This document shows positions 48,698 to 57,997 of a DNA stretch of 64,000 nucleotides, in pieces. The notes under the pieces are model-generated. The model ran no database searches and had not been told where the DNA came from. It was given only the letters and a program-made list of their open reading frames with translations. Numbering within the stretch: position 1 is the stretch's first letter; every line of letters begins with the position of its first letter. A program made the translations under genes and the position numbers. This DNA comes from an uncultured Poribacteria bacterium. Lineage in GTDB: Bacteria > Poribacteria > WGA-4E > WGA-3G. The stretch is from positions 4,032,001 to 4,096,000 of the forward strand of contig OX638351.1 of NCBI GenBank assembly GCA_951813565.1, read 5' to 3'.

Positions 48698-49726
48698 TTA
48701 AATCTGTGTCCAATCCATGATGACACCTAAGTATTCACCCTTCCGATCAGTCAAACCATCATAAGCGGATTGTGCATCTTCGGGATTTATTACATGTGTT
48801 AGCAATTCCTCAACCTTGAATTTGCCTTCCTTGATAAGGGAATAAACTATTTGTGAATTCCGTTCAAGCGAATGTTTCGATTCACCTGAGTGCATTGTTG
48901 GATACACCCACTCATGTGCACTTCGCAGCGTGACCGCACCTAAGCCGATGAGATGCGAATAATTGAGTATCGCTGTAGCATTTGTGATATATTCTCCGCG
49001 TGGCGAACCGAGCAGGATGACCTCTCCTTTAGTGCGAGTCAACTGATATGCCAATTCGACAAGCCGTGGGTTGCCAATCGCTTCAACTGTAACCTCCGCC
49101 TTTTGCCCATCTGTTAAGGCTTTGACGCGTTCAATTACATCCTCTTCGTCAGGATTGATCAAATGTTGAATACCGCACTTTCGGGCAATTTCTATCCGTT
49201 CGGGGACCCTTTCAACGCTAATTACCTTCATACCAGCCAAATTGAAAAGTTGTGAGGCAGAATTGCCAACTAACCCTAAGCCGATAATGACAGCGGTATC
49301 ACCAAATTCAGCCGAAGAAACACGCAACGAAGTCATCGCGACTGTTGCCATTCGCACAAACGGAATCAGTTTAGCATCCATCTCTAACGGAGGTTTGAAC
49401 GTCAACATTACAGAAGCAGTTTTAACGATAGATGCGTGTGAGCTGTAGCAGAATACGTAATCTCCAACTGCACACTTTGTTACGTGCTCACCCACTTTTA
49501 GCACTTCACCAATAGCCGTGTAACCTGACCCGTGCGGAAACCGAGTCCCGCTTTCTAAACCGGTATATCCTGCGCCTTCGGTGCCGGGACTAATTAGACT
49601 GTAATGTGTTTTAAGCAAAATCTGGTTCGGTGCCAGTGTTTCGTCAAGTTCAAAATCTTCTAACGTTGCTGAACGTTTCGCTGGCATGATAATCTGTTTG
49701 CCTTTCATGGCGTTGCTCCTCATCAA
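48698..49726 (-). CDS. Zinc-binding alcohol dehydrogenase (MDR) family protein
   Basis: SLISPGTE, GY..IG.V and GLGLVG motifs. Confidence 0.85.
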   Translation of the reverse strand: MMRSNAMKGKQIIMPAKRSATLEDFELDETLAPNQILLKTHYSLISPGTEGAGYTGLESGTRFPHGSGYTAIGEVLKVGEHVTKCAVGDYVFCYSSHASIVKTASVMLTFKPPLEMDAKLIPFVRMATVAMTSLRVSSAEFGDTAVIIGLGLVGNSASQLFNLAGMKVISVERVPERIEIARKCGIQHLINPDEEDVIERVKALTDGQKAEVTVEAIGNPRLVELAYQLTRTKGEVILLGSPRGEYITNATAILNYSHLIGLGAVTLRSAHEWVYPTMHSGESKHSLERNSQIVYSLIKEGKFKVEELLTHVINPEDAQSAYDGLTDRKGEYLGVIMDWTQI

Positions 49727-49900
49727 GATTTATGAGTTCGTTTCAGTTGCTTTATGATAGCAGTGATAGGTTGGGAAGTCAAGATAATATTCAAGTTCTT
49801 GATAAAAACGTGAGCTAGGCATAAAGGCTTAGGTTGGGTAGAACGGAACAGAGAAAGAAGGCGTCAAAAGACAAACGTTAGGTTTCGCTCCGCTCTACCC

Positions 49901-50100
49901 ATAGCTGTCAATTTAAGGATATACCCTCTTGTGGGAGCGAATCAACGCAGCATGCGCGTTTGGCATGCTGCCAAATCAACGCCAAATGCGCTTTTTGGCA
50001 TTTGTCGGGTTTTCAACCCCGATAAACATATATAAATCGGGCTTATAAAGCCCTCCCACAAGAGGCAATCTGGTAATTATGTGCTTAAATTGACGCCTAT
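49901..50100. mobile_element. Hairpin-duplicating MITE, copy 5, with two-module array at 49938-50006
   Basis: DR (A/G)GGTTTCGCTCCGCTCTACCC at 49880-49900 / 50101-50121. Confidence 0.8.
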
Positions 50101-50124
50101 GGGTTTCGCTCCGCTCTACCCAAC

Positions 50125-51258
50125 CTACACACTATAGCTGCGATTAATACGAAAAGGACTTATATCAAATGTAGTTTCACCGGTAAGTGCTAATTCGCTC
50201 ATGATGCGTCCGACAAGTGAACAAAACTTAAAGCCGTGCCCAGAAAAACCTGCTGCTATCAACAGATTAGGACAGAGCGGATGCGCGTCAATAATAAAAT
50301 CTTCGTCCGGTGTTTCGGTGTAGAGGCAAACTTCAGTATCAACCGTATTACCAAGTTCGGGGACACGTTCGCGCAAATAGGTATCCATCCGTTGAATGTA
50401 ATCTGAATCGGGTGCGCGATTACACGTATTAGGCGAAACAGTTTGACCCATGCCGTGTCGTGCAACCTTTACACCGTTTTTCCCAAAAAAAGGCATACCA
50501 TACATAAATTCGTTTTCAGATGTAATCTCTGTAAAGATTGGGAACCGTTCTGGTTCAAACATTGCAATGTCGGAGGGTTTGTAATAGCAGACTTGCTGCT
50601 TTGTTACTGTGAGTGGTAGGTTCAGTTCTTTGAGTAAAGAGGATGTCCATGCGCCTGCAGTTACGATGATTTTTCTACCACGGAATTGGACGTCTTCCGT
50701 ATGGGCAATTGGAATATCAGATTGCCAATCTATTCGAGGGACAGGCATCTCTTCGCGAACATCAACTCCGTGTTTTTCTGCCACTTGCAGGTAAGTCAAA
50801 ACGCATTCGGAAGCATACAGAAAACCGGTATCTTTCTGCCAAAGGATATCCATATCATTAGAAACTCGAAATTGCGAGAACTGTTTCGCTAATTGTTTCG
50901 CATCCCACCACTCCGATTCAACGCCTGCTGCATCTAAACTTTGCCGAACAGAAGTCACATACTGATTTCCGCTTTCCCCTATATTAATACTTCCAGTAAT
51001 GAACAGTAATTGTTTCCCAGATGCTGATTCAAGATCGCGCCATTCTAAGTATGCGGTTTTCATCAATTCGGTGTAAAAGGGTTTATCGTAAAAGAAGCGG
51101 ATGATGCGCGTTTCCCCGTGTGAACTACCAAATGTGTGTCCGCGCTGGAATTGCTCTAATACAAGCACATCCGCACCTGATTTGGCAAGATGGTATGCGG
51201 TTGCACTCCCCATGCCACCTGCACCAATAACGATTGCGTCGTATATACGGGCCTGCAT
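50125..51258 (-). CDS. solA: N-methyl-L-tryptophan oxidase / monomeric sarcosine oxidase family
   Basis: GAGGMGS, GSSHG.TRI.R, CLYT.TPD..FIID and GFSGHGFKF motifs. Confidence 0.8.
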   Translation of the reverse strand: MQARIYDAIVIGAGGMGSATAYHLAKSGADVLVLEQFQRGHTFGSSHGETRIIRFFYDKPFYTELMKTAYLEWRDLESASGKQLLFITGSINIGESGNQYVTSVRQSLDAAGVESEWWDAKQLAKQFSQFRVSNDMDILWQKDTGFLYASECVLTYLQVAEKHGVDVREEMPVPRIDWQSDIPIAHTEDVQFRGRKIIVTAGAWTSSLLKELNLPLTVTKQQVCYYKPSDIAMFEPERFPIFTEITSENEFMYGMPFFGKNGVKVARHGMGQTVSPNTCNRAPDSDYIQRMDTYLRERVPELGNTVDTEVCLYTETPDEDFIIDAHPLCPNLLIAAGFSGHGFKFCSLVGRIMSELALTGETTFDISPFRINRSYSV

Positions 51259-51519
51259 TTCTATCCTTCACTATTTTGAGGTGAAACCATGACAGGGAAC
51301 ATTCTTGTCACTTGTTTGATATGTTAGCAGAAGTTACGGGTACCATGCAATAAAAAAGCGAAATAGCCTGACTTTGCGGGGAAACAGGGCTATTTAGTTT
51401 TCGGTTTTTCCGGCGTATTTCATGACATACTTTAATGTTTTATAGCAGCATTGTAGTCGAGTTTCGCTATCACTCTATCTATAGCCTCAACTTACAAAAA
51501 AGATGTGCTATGCAAAGTA

Positions 51520-51675
51520 GTAGGCACACGCCGGGGAATGCCTAAACGGCATTCGGACCCGGTGAATGACTAAAGACGAATGCGCAGTGGCGGGGCACAG
51601 GGACCCCGCTCTACAGTGGAAAACGCCGCGTAATCATTGCAAATTGAACCTATGTAACCAAATATTTACACACCC
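51520..51675. repeat. Half copy of the ISKra4-type MITE fused to mini-hairpin and REP remnants
   Basis: 51587-51675 is the reverse complement of 41217-41305; hairpins at 51533-51586 match those at 36626-36651 and 41347-41372. Confidence 0.7.
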
Positions 51676-51690
51676 ACATTCATATTTATC

Positions 51691-51719
51691 TTGACGATAT
51701 GTGTTTTTTCGTGTAAAAT
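51691..51719 (+). promoter_or_regulatory. Sigma70-type promoter of the ruvX-mltG-lpx cluster
   Basis: TTGACG-17 bp-TAAAAT. Confidence 0.55.
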
Positions 51720-51774
51720 TGTAAAATATGTGATAATTAGAAAGGCAAATAGGTTTTCCGCAGGAGGAGTTAAC

Positions 51775-52194
51775 ATGGCTGTTTTGCTTGGATTAGATGT
51801 CGGTGACGTAAGGATCGGCGTAGCCGTTAGTGATGCTCTTGGTAGCGGTGCACATCCATTATGCACCCTAACCCGCACAAATCGGCAGCGCGATATAACA
51901 GCGATAGGTGACCTTGCCTCTATCCATAAGGTAGAACGAATCGTCATCGGATTACCTATCTCACTTGACGGAACCCTTGGCACACAAGCAGAAAAGGTGC
52001 AAAAATTTGGAGCCCGATTGTCCGAAGGGCTTGATATACCTGTTGAGTTCTGTGACGAAAGGTTTACTACATCAGAAGCAGAAGAAATTTTGAATAAAGT
52101 TGACGTAAATCCTAAAGACCGCAAAAAAGTTATTGATCAAGTTTCCGCTGTGCTTATTTTAGATGAATACCTACGTGGGAACACAGGAAAATAG
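51775..52194 (+). CDS. ruvX: YqgF/RuvX family nuclease
   Basis: LGLDVG..RIGVAVSD, IGLP, DERFTT and ID..SA..IL motifs; AGGAGG RBS before 51775. Confidence 0.92.
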   Translation: MAVLLGLDVGDVRIGVAVSDALGSGAHPLCTLTRTNRQRDITAIGDLASIHKVERIVIGLPISLDGTLGTQAEKVQKFGARLSEGLDIPVEFCDERFTTSEAEEILNKVDVNPKDRKKVIDQVSAVLILDEYLRGNTGK

Positions 52195-52256
52195 GAAGGG
52201 TAAGATTCTCATCATTTTCGCTGAGCTATTGTTGCAGATTATCTTATTAGGCAGCG

Positions 52257-53324
52257 TTGATTTGGAGGCATCCCATGTTCCTACGAAATATAGGATCAGT
52301 ATTGACTCAAAAACGAGTTCCGAGATTCGCATCGTACACACTCGGTTGCCTTGGAGTCATCTGCTTCAGCCTGGTTTTGATTGGTGGATACTACTTTTCC
52401 CCAACCGCTCCGTCAGAGGAAATTGTAACAATTACAATTGCGCCTGGCAACAGCACAACAAAGATTGCAAAACATCTGGCGACTAATAATTTGATTCGAA
52501 GCCCTCTTGCTTTCAAAATTGCGGTTCGGTATCGTGGGATAGGCACTCAACTCCGTGCTGGCACTTATCAACTTAGTCGTGACATGTCGCTCACGCGAAT
52601 TCTTGATGAACTCAAGAAAGGGCAAATAGAGTATCAGACTTTTACTGTGCCAGAAGGAATTACTGCAAAAGCAATTGCAGAACTATGGGCATCTTCTGGG
52701 TATGGCACTGCTGAAACGTTTGTGGCGGCAATGCAGTCCACTGAATTACGCCAAAAATACGTGCCTGAAGGCGTTACAGCGGAAGGCTACCTTTTTCCCG
52801 ATACTTACAAATTCGCTAAAGGAAGTACAGCAGAAACAATTGTCCAAATAATGTTGGCTGAAGCAGAAAAGAGATGGGACGAAACATTAGCTAAGGAAGC
52901 AAAAGCATTAGGTTTTACGAGACATCAAATCATCACGCTCGCATCTATTATTCAAAGAGAGGCCGGCTCCGAGTCAGAAATACCGAGAATTGCCAGTGTT
53001 TTTCATAATCGTCTTAAGCATAATTGGCGACTGCAAGCGGATCCAACTGTGCTTTATGCTTTAGGTGATCCGAAAAGGTTATTGACAAGAGCAGACCTAA
53101 AAGTTGTATCACCTTACAATACATACTTACATAAAGGGCTGCCACCCGGCCCTATTGGTAATCCGGGAATGGCTTCTATTTTAGGAGCGTTGAGACCTGA
53201 AGAAACATCATTTTATTATTTCGTTGCTATCGATGAAGGACAACATCATTTCTCAAAGACACTTGCTGAACATAATAGAATAATTCGCCAAGTTAAACGA
53301 AGAAAAGCCTCCTCAAATCGATAG
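52257..53324 (+). CDS. mltG: Endolytic transglycosylase MltG
   Basis: PEG, EGYLFPDTY, LASII.RE, LQADPT and SPYNTY...GLPPGPI.NPG motifs; start uncertain. Confidence 0.92.
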   Translation: MIWRHPMFLRNIGSVLTQKRVPRFASYTLGCLGVICFSLVLIGGYYFSPTAPSEEIVTITIAPGNSTTKIAKHLATNNLIRSPLAFKIAVRYRGIGTQLRAGTYQLSRDMSLTRILDELKKGQIEYQTFTVPEGITAKAIAELWASSGYGTAETFVAAMQSTELRQKYVPEGVTAEGYLFPDTYKFAKGSTAETIVQIMLAEAEKRWDETLAKEAKALGFTRHQIITLASIIQREAGSESEIPRIASVFHNRLKHNWRLQADPTVLYALGDPKRLLTRADLKVVSPYNTYLHKGLPPGPIGNPGMASILGALRPEETSFYYFVAIDEGQHHFSKTLAEHNRIIRQVKRRKASSNR

Positions 53325-53381
53325 ACTAATGAAATATATGATTATGATACGATACATAAGGACATAAATAAACATATACGT

Positions 53382-54716
53382 GTGAACGGAGTCAAACATA
53401 ACTATATGGGAAATGTAGAATCTCAACAAACACTTCAGTCTGAAATCATAATTTCTGGAAAAGGGTTGATGCTGGGGGAACCAGTTGAACTGAAGATAAA
53501 GCCAGCTCCACCAGATTCCGGTATTGTCTTTCAACGGATTGACCAGCCAGAATCATCGGAGGTGAAAGTCTGCCCAGAAAATTGGGTAGAGGTATTACCG
53601 CGTTGCACAAGTTTACAGCATGGCGGGACAACAGTTAGTAGCGTTGAACATCTTCTTTCTGCGCTTGCGGGTCTTAGGATTGATAATGCAAAAGTAGAAC
53701 TTAATGCACAGGAACCCCCTGGTCTTGATGGTAGTGCTTTACCTTACGTTACTAAAATCCAAGAAGTTGGACTGACCCAGTTAGATGCCCCGCGCCGTTT
53801 CATTGAAGTTTCAGAACCGTTTGCTGTTTGTGATGGGAACAAGCAACTTATTTTTTTTCCATCCGATACTTTTGAAGTGACGTTCGCGTACGATCACCCG
53901 AATACTGCACCACAATTCGCTACATGGAACATGACAGCGGATACCTATATCAATGAAATTGCATCGGCTCGTAGTTTCTGTTTTGAGGCAGAAATTGAGG
54001 CATTGCAATCACTCGGAATCGGAAAAGGTGCAAGTTATGAAAATGTTGTGGTTGTCAAAACCGACGGACAAACGAGTTCGGAATTGAGATTTAAAGATGA
54101 ATTTGTCCGTCATAAAACGCTTGACCTTATTGGGGATCTCTACCTTGCAGGATACCTGCCGAAAGCACAGGTCATAGCAATGCGCACGGGACATACGTTT
54201 CATGCCCAATTTGTACAGGCGCTGTCAGAAAAAGGTATCCTTGATCTTGCAGACACAAAAGATGGCAAGGCAGATCAAACTGTTGAGGCAAAGGATATCT
54301 ATCGAATTCTGCCACATCGGCACCCGATGTGTTTGATTGATAGGGTCATTGAATTTGAAAATGGAAAACGCGCTGTGGGCATTAAAAATCTAACATATAA
54401 CGAACCTATATTTGAGGGACATTTTCCAGCACAACCAGTGATGCCGGGCGTTTTACAAGTGGAAGCACTTGCCCAACTCGGTGCATGGTTGCTGCTTCAA
54501 GAAATCGGAAAAGAGGATCAACTCGGTTATTTTAGGTCTATTAGCAAAGCAACTTTTCGGAAAATGGTTATACCGGGCGACCAACTCCGATTAGAAATTG
54601 AGATTGTTCAGCGGCGTAGCACCCTGGCACGAATTGTTGGGGAAATATATGTAGACGGTGCCCTTGCAACAGAAGCGGAATTGTCTATTGCACTTGCCGC
54701 TACAGAAAACGATTAG
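53382..54716 (+). CDS. lpxC: Bifunctional LpxC / FabZ
   Basis: VEHLLSAL, E.P.LDGS and RHK.LD.IGD (LpxC); LPHR.P...ID and GHFP..PVMPGVL..EA.AQ (FabZ). Start possibly 53406. Confidence 0.93.
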   Translation: MNGVKHNYMGNVESQQTLQSEIIISGKGLMLGEPVELKIKPAPPDSGIVFQRIDQPESSEVKVCPENWVEVLPRCTSLQHGGTTVSSVEHLLSALAGLRIDNAKVELNAQEPPGLDGSALPYVTKIQEVGLTQLDAPRRFIEVSEPFAVCDGNKQLIFFPSDTFEVTFAYDHPNTAPQFATWNMTADTYINEIASARSFCFEAEIEALQSLGIGKGASYENVVVVKTDGQTSSELRFKDEFVRHKTLDLIGDLYLAGYLPKAQVIAMRTGHTFHAQFVQALSEKGILDLADTKDGKADQTVEAKDIYRILPHRHPMCLIDRVIEFENGKRAVGIKNLTYNEPIFEGHFPAQPVMPGVLQVEALAQLGAWLLLQEIGKEDQLGYFRSISKATFRKMVIPGDQLRLEIEIVQRRSTLARIVGEIYVDGALATEAELSIALAATEND

Positions 54717-54785
54717 ACTCAACATGTCAATATTCTTGTAAATTTATTTTGAAAGTGCAAAACAATCAGAAAGTAGAGGCAACTT

Positions 54786-55616
54786 GTGACAGCGACAAAC
54801 ATTCATCCAACAGCAATTATTTCACCTAAGTCCGAATTAGGAGAAGGTGTCCGCATTGAGCCCTATACCATTGTTGAAGACCATGTTCAGATTGGTGCAA
54901 ATACTGTTATAGGACCGCATGTTCAGATCGGCAAATGGACTACCATTGGTGAAGATTGCCAAATATTTTTCGGTGCTACGGTCGGAAATCCCTCAAAAGA
55001 TCTCAAATATAATGGCGAACGGAGTTACGTTCGCATCGGCAACCGAAATGTGCTGCGTGAGTATGTCTCTATCTCTCGTTCAACTTTTGAAGATGGCGAA
55101 ACTGTTATTGGCGATGATAATCTTTTAATGAATTGGGTGAATATTGCGCATGACTGTATTATCGGCAGTAAAACGATTATGGCGAATTTTGCTACACTTG
55201 CTGGTCACGTAACAATTGAAGATGATGTCCGCCTCGGTGCTTACGCTGCGTTACACCAATTTGTTCGCGTCGGTAAAATGGCGATGGCGGGTGGCTGTTC
55301 AAAAATTGTCCAAGACATTCCCCCGTTTGCACTATCGGCTGGTCAACCCGCCCGTGTTCGTGATCTAAATCGCATCGGTATTCGAACATCTCGCATTAAT
55401 CCATTAGCGAAATTGTCCCCTGAAACATTTGCCCTCCTTAAAAAAGCTTTCCGTATTTTGTTCCGTTCTGGCTTACCCTTAAGACATGCTGTTACTAAAG
55501 TCAGAGAAGAATTACCAACAGACCCAGAACTTGAATATCTACTGCAGTTTATAGAATCGTCCAAACGCGGTATCGGTTTCAGCCAACCGAATCGTCCTGT
55601 GAAGCGGGAAGGATAA
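54786..55616 (+). CDS. lpxA: UDP-N-acetylglucosamine acyltransferase
   Basis: IHPTAII, hexapeptide repeats, DLKY.GE, AHDC, LAGHV and HQF motifs. Confidence 0.95.
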   Translation: MTATNIHPTAIISPKSELGEGVRIEPYTIVEDHVQIGANTVIGPHVQIGKWTTIGEDCQIFFGATVGNPSKDLKYNGERSYVRIGNRNVLREYVSISRSTFEDGETVIGDDNLLMNWVNIAHDCIIGSKTIMANFATLAGHVTIEDDVRLGAYAALHQFVRVGKMAMAGGCSKIVQDIPPFALSAGQPARVRDLNRIGIRTSRINPLAKLSPETFALLKKAFRILFRSGLPLRHAVTKVREELPTDPELEYLLQFIESSKRGIGFSQPNRPVKREG

Positions 55617-55900
55617 TTTACTGTCGACACACAGGAGAAAGTCATGGATACCATAAAAGACTTTGAAATTAAACAGAGAAAGTATATGCCAATCTTTACA
55701 AAGGCGAGTGGTAAACCGACTATCTATTTAATGAGATTGATCCATTTGATGTTGCTAAAGTTTTACCGAATACGGAGCGGACGCTTGAACTGAAAAAATA
55801 TGAAATCAAGTAGGGACAGGGCAAGGCAGCCTCTCCCTGATATAAAATGAAAACCAACACAAATTTAAAATGGCGCGATATTTTTTGAGTTTCAAACGGA

Positions 55901-56821
55901 GTGCTAATTATGAACGGAGAATGCCTTTCCCATTTATTAACAGAAGCAGAGCGAAATCATTTTGAAGAACAGGGATACCTTTACGTGCCGAACGCGCTAT
56001 CATCAGAGATGGTGGAGTACCTAACAAACGCTGTTGATAAACTTCACAGCGATGCGCTTGAAACGGGTAAAGCAAAACCTGGACACCACTGGGGTTGGTC
56101 AAATTTCTTAGGGACAGATGATGCATTCTTGGAACTTGTTGACCTGCCGACAACGCTGCCTAAAGTTTGGGGTATTCTGGGATGGAATATCTATCTTTAC
56201 CATGCACACATGCACGTCAAACCGCCTGCCCCGCCAGATGCCCAAGAAGGTGACGGATGGTTGGAATGGCATCAAGACAGCGGTCGCGTCAATATTGAGA
56301 TGGAGACACACCCACGTCCGCGTTTATCGTTGAAAGTGGCGTATTTCCTTACAGATGTCTCTGAACCTGGTCGTGGTAATTTCTATATCCGTCCCGGTAG
56401 CCACTTCTCAGATGTGCCACTCCCAGAGTTAGAAATCAGCCGTGACCCTCGTGAAAAAACAGTGTCAGGTATTCCCGAAGATGCAATGCCTGTGTGCGTA
56501 GAACCTGGGACTGCCGTTCTATTTGACAGGCGACTTTGGCACTCGCGCAGTCCTAACACCTCACAGATGACGCGGAAGGCGCTGTTTTACGGCTATGGGT
56601 ATAGGTGGATTCGTCAGAAAGACGATATGACGGTGGAACATCTCTATGACCGTTGCGATCCGATTCGCCGTCAATTGCTCGGTGCTGCTGTTAGAAACAA
56701 TGGTCGCTATGTTCCGACTGATGAGGATGTGCCATTGCGTGGTTGGCTAATTGAGCAATTTGGTGAAAACGCTGTGTATGCACAGGGGCCGCTTAGTTCT
56801 TATAGTAAATTATGTAAATAA
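55901..56821 (+). CDS. PhyH-family dioxygenase; last 6 residues supplied by a MITE
   Basis: WHQD, K..YFLTD, PGSH and LWH..SPN....R motifs. Confidence 0.88.
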   Translation: MLIMNGECLSHLLTEAERNHFEEQGYLYVPNALSSEMVEYLTNAVDKLHSDALETGKAKPGHHWGWSNFLGTDDAFLELVDLPTTLPKVWGILGWNIYLYHAHMHVKPPAPPDAQEGDGWLEWHQDSGRVNIEMETHPRPRLSLKVAYFLTDVSEPGRGNFYIRPGSHFSDVPLPELEISRDPREKTVSGIPEDAMPVCVEPGTAVLFDRRLWHSRSPNTSQMTRKALFYGYGYRWIRQKDDMTVEHLYDRCDPIRRQLLGAAVRNNGRYVPTDEDVPLRGWLIEQFGENAVYAQGPLSSYSKLCK

Positions 56822-56933
56822 GTTCACATATATTCTGTAGGAGCGATCTCCGAATCGTGACGAAACCACTAATAGTCGGGAATCGGAGTTCCCTCGGACA
56901 GCTCAGATGTCCAGTTAATCGTAGAATCCGCTA
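56803..56933. mobile_element. IS630-type MITE inserted in a TAA stop codon
   Basis: TA duplication at 56801-56802 / 56934-56935; second copy at 43007-43295. Confidence 0.85.
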
Positions 56934-56944
56934 TAATTCACACC

Positions 56945-57997
56945 TCACGGCAGCAGACATACCTTTCCAAAGTTCTTACGCGATTCCAGCAGTTGGTGTG
57001 CTTCACCCGCTTTATCTAAAGGCAGTGTCCGATCAATGATAGGGACTAAAAATCCCAGTTCTGCAAGACGAACAAGTTTTCTAAGTTCTTTAGTCGTACC
57101 TAACGCTGATCCCATGATTGTAAGTTGTTTTTGATACATCTTTCTAATATTAATTTGCCCAATATTGCCCGTTGTTACACCACACGAAACGAGCCTGCCG
57201 TTTTTAGCGAGACTACTGATACTCTGTTCCCATGTTGCAGCACCAACATGTTCTAAGACAACATCAACACCCCGACCATTTGTTTCTTCCAATATGACCT
57301 CTGAGAAATCAACATCGGTGTAGTTAATGGTAACATTTGCGCCGAATTGTTTGGCGCGTGCTAATTTTTCATCAGTGCTTGCAGTAGCAAAAATACGTGC
57401 GCCGATAAATTTGGCAATTTGTAACCCCGCACTGCCGACACTTCCTCCCGCGCCAAGTATCAGCACATCTTCACCTGCGCGGAGTTGTGCACGTGTGATG
57501 AGCATGTGCCATGCTGTCAGGTAAGCAATCGGCAATGCTGACGCCTCAACGAAAGACAACGGACTCGCTATCCAAATCGCATTCTTGGCTGGTGCCTTGA
57601 CGTACTCCGCATAACCACCGTCAGTTTGGAATCCGAGCAGTTGTTGTGTATCACACAGATTTTCATAACCGTTAATGCAGTCGCTACAGACACCGCACGG
57701 AATACATGGCGCGAGGAGCACACGGTCACCGATAGCGAGGTCGGGATGTTCCCCAGAGATTTCGACTATTTCACCTGCAATGTCAGAACCTAAAATGTGG
57801 GGTGCGCCAGTTTCTTCAAGTTTCTGCTTTATCTCAGGTCGGTCGCGGCGTGCATGGATGTCAAGGTAGTTGACAGCGCATGACTTGACTTTGACGAGGA
57901 TTTCATCAGGTTCAAGGGTAGGTTGTTCCACCTCCTGGTACTGTAATACGTTAACCTCACCTTGCTCTGTGAACGCAATTGCTTTCATTACCATCAT
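56945..57997 (-). CDS. Zinc-binding dehydrogenase / quinone oxidoreductase (MDR)
   Basis: N.LD, PHILGSD.AG, CGVC.DC.......C, GAGG.VG and FGKV motifs. Confidence 0.9.
   Translation of the reverse strand: MMVMKAIAFTEQGEVNVLQYQEVEQPTLEPDEILVKVKSCAVNYLDIHARRDRPEIKQKLEETGAPHILGSDIAGEIVEISGEHPDLAIGDRVLLAPCIPCGVCSDCINGYENLCDTQQLLGFQTDGGYAEYVKAPAKNAIWIASPLSFVEASALPIAYLTAWHMLITRAQLRAGEDVLILGAGGSVGSAGLQIAKFIGARIFATASTDEKLARAKQFGANVTINYTDVDFSEVILEETNGRGVDVVLEHVGAATWEQSISSLAKNGRLVSCGVTTGNIGQINIRKMYQKQLTIMGSALGTTKELRKLVRLAELGFLVPIIDRTLPLDKAGEAHQLLESRKNFGKVCLLP

Noticed and set aside
53382..54716. LpxC-FabZ fusion as a novelty
   Set aside because: Known architecture, for example in Bacteroidota.
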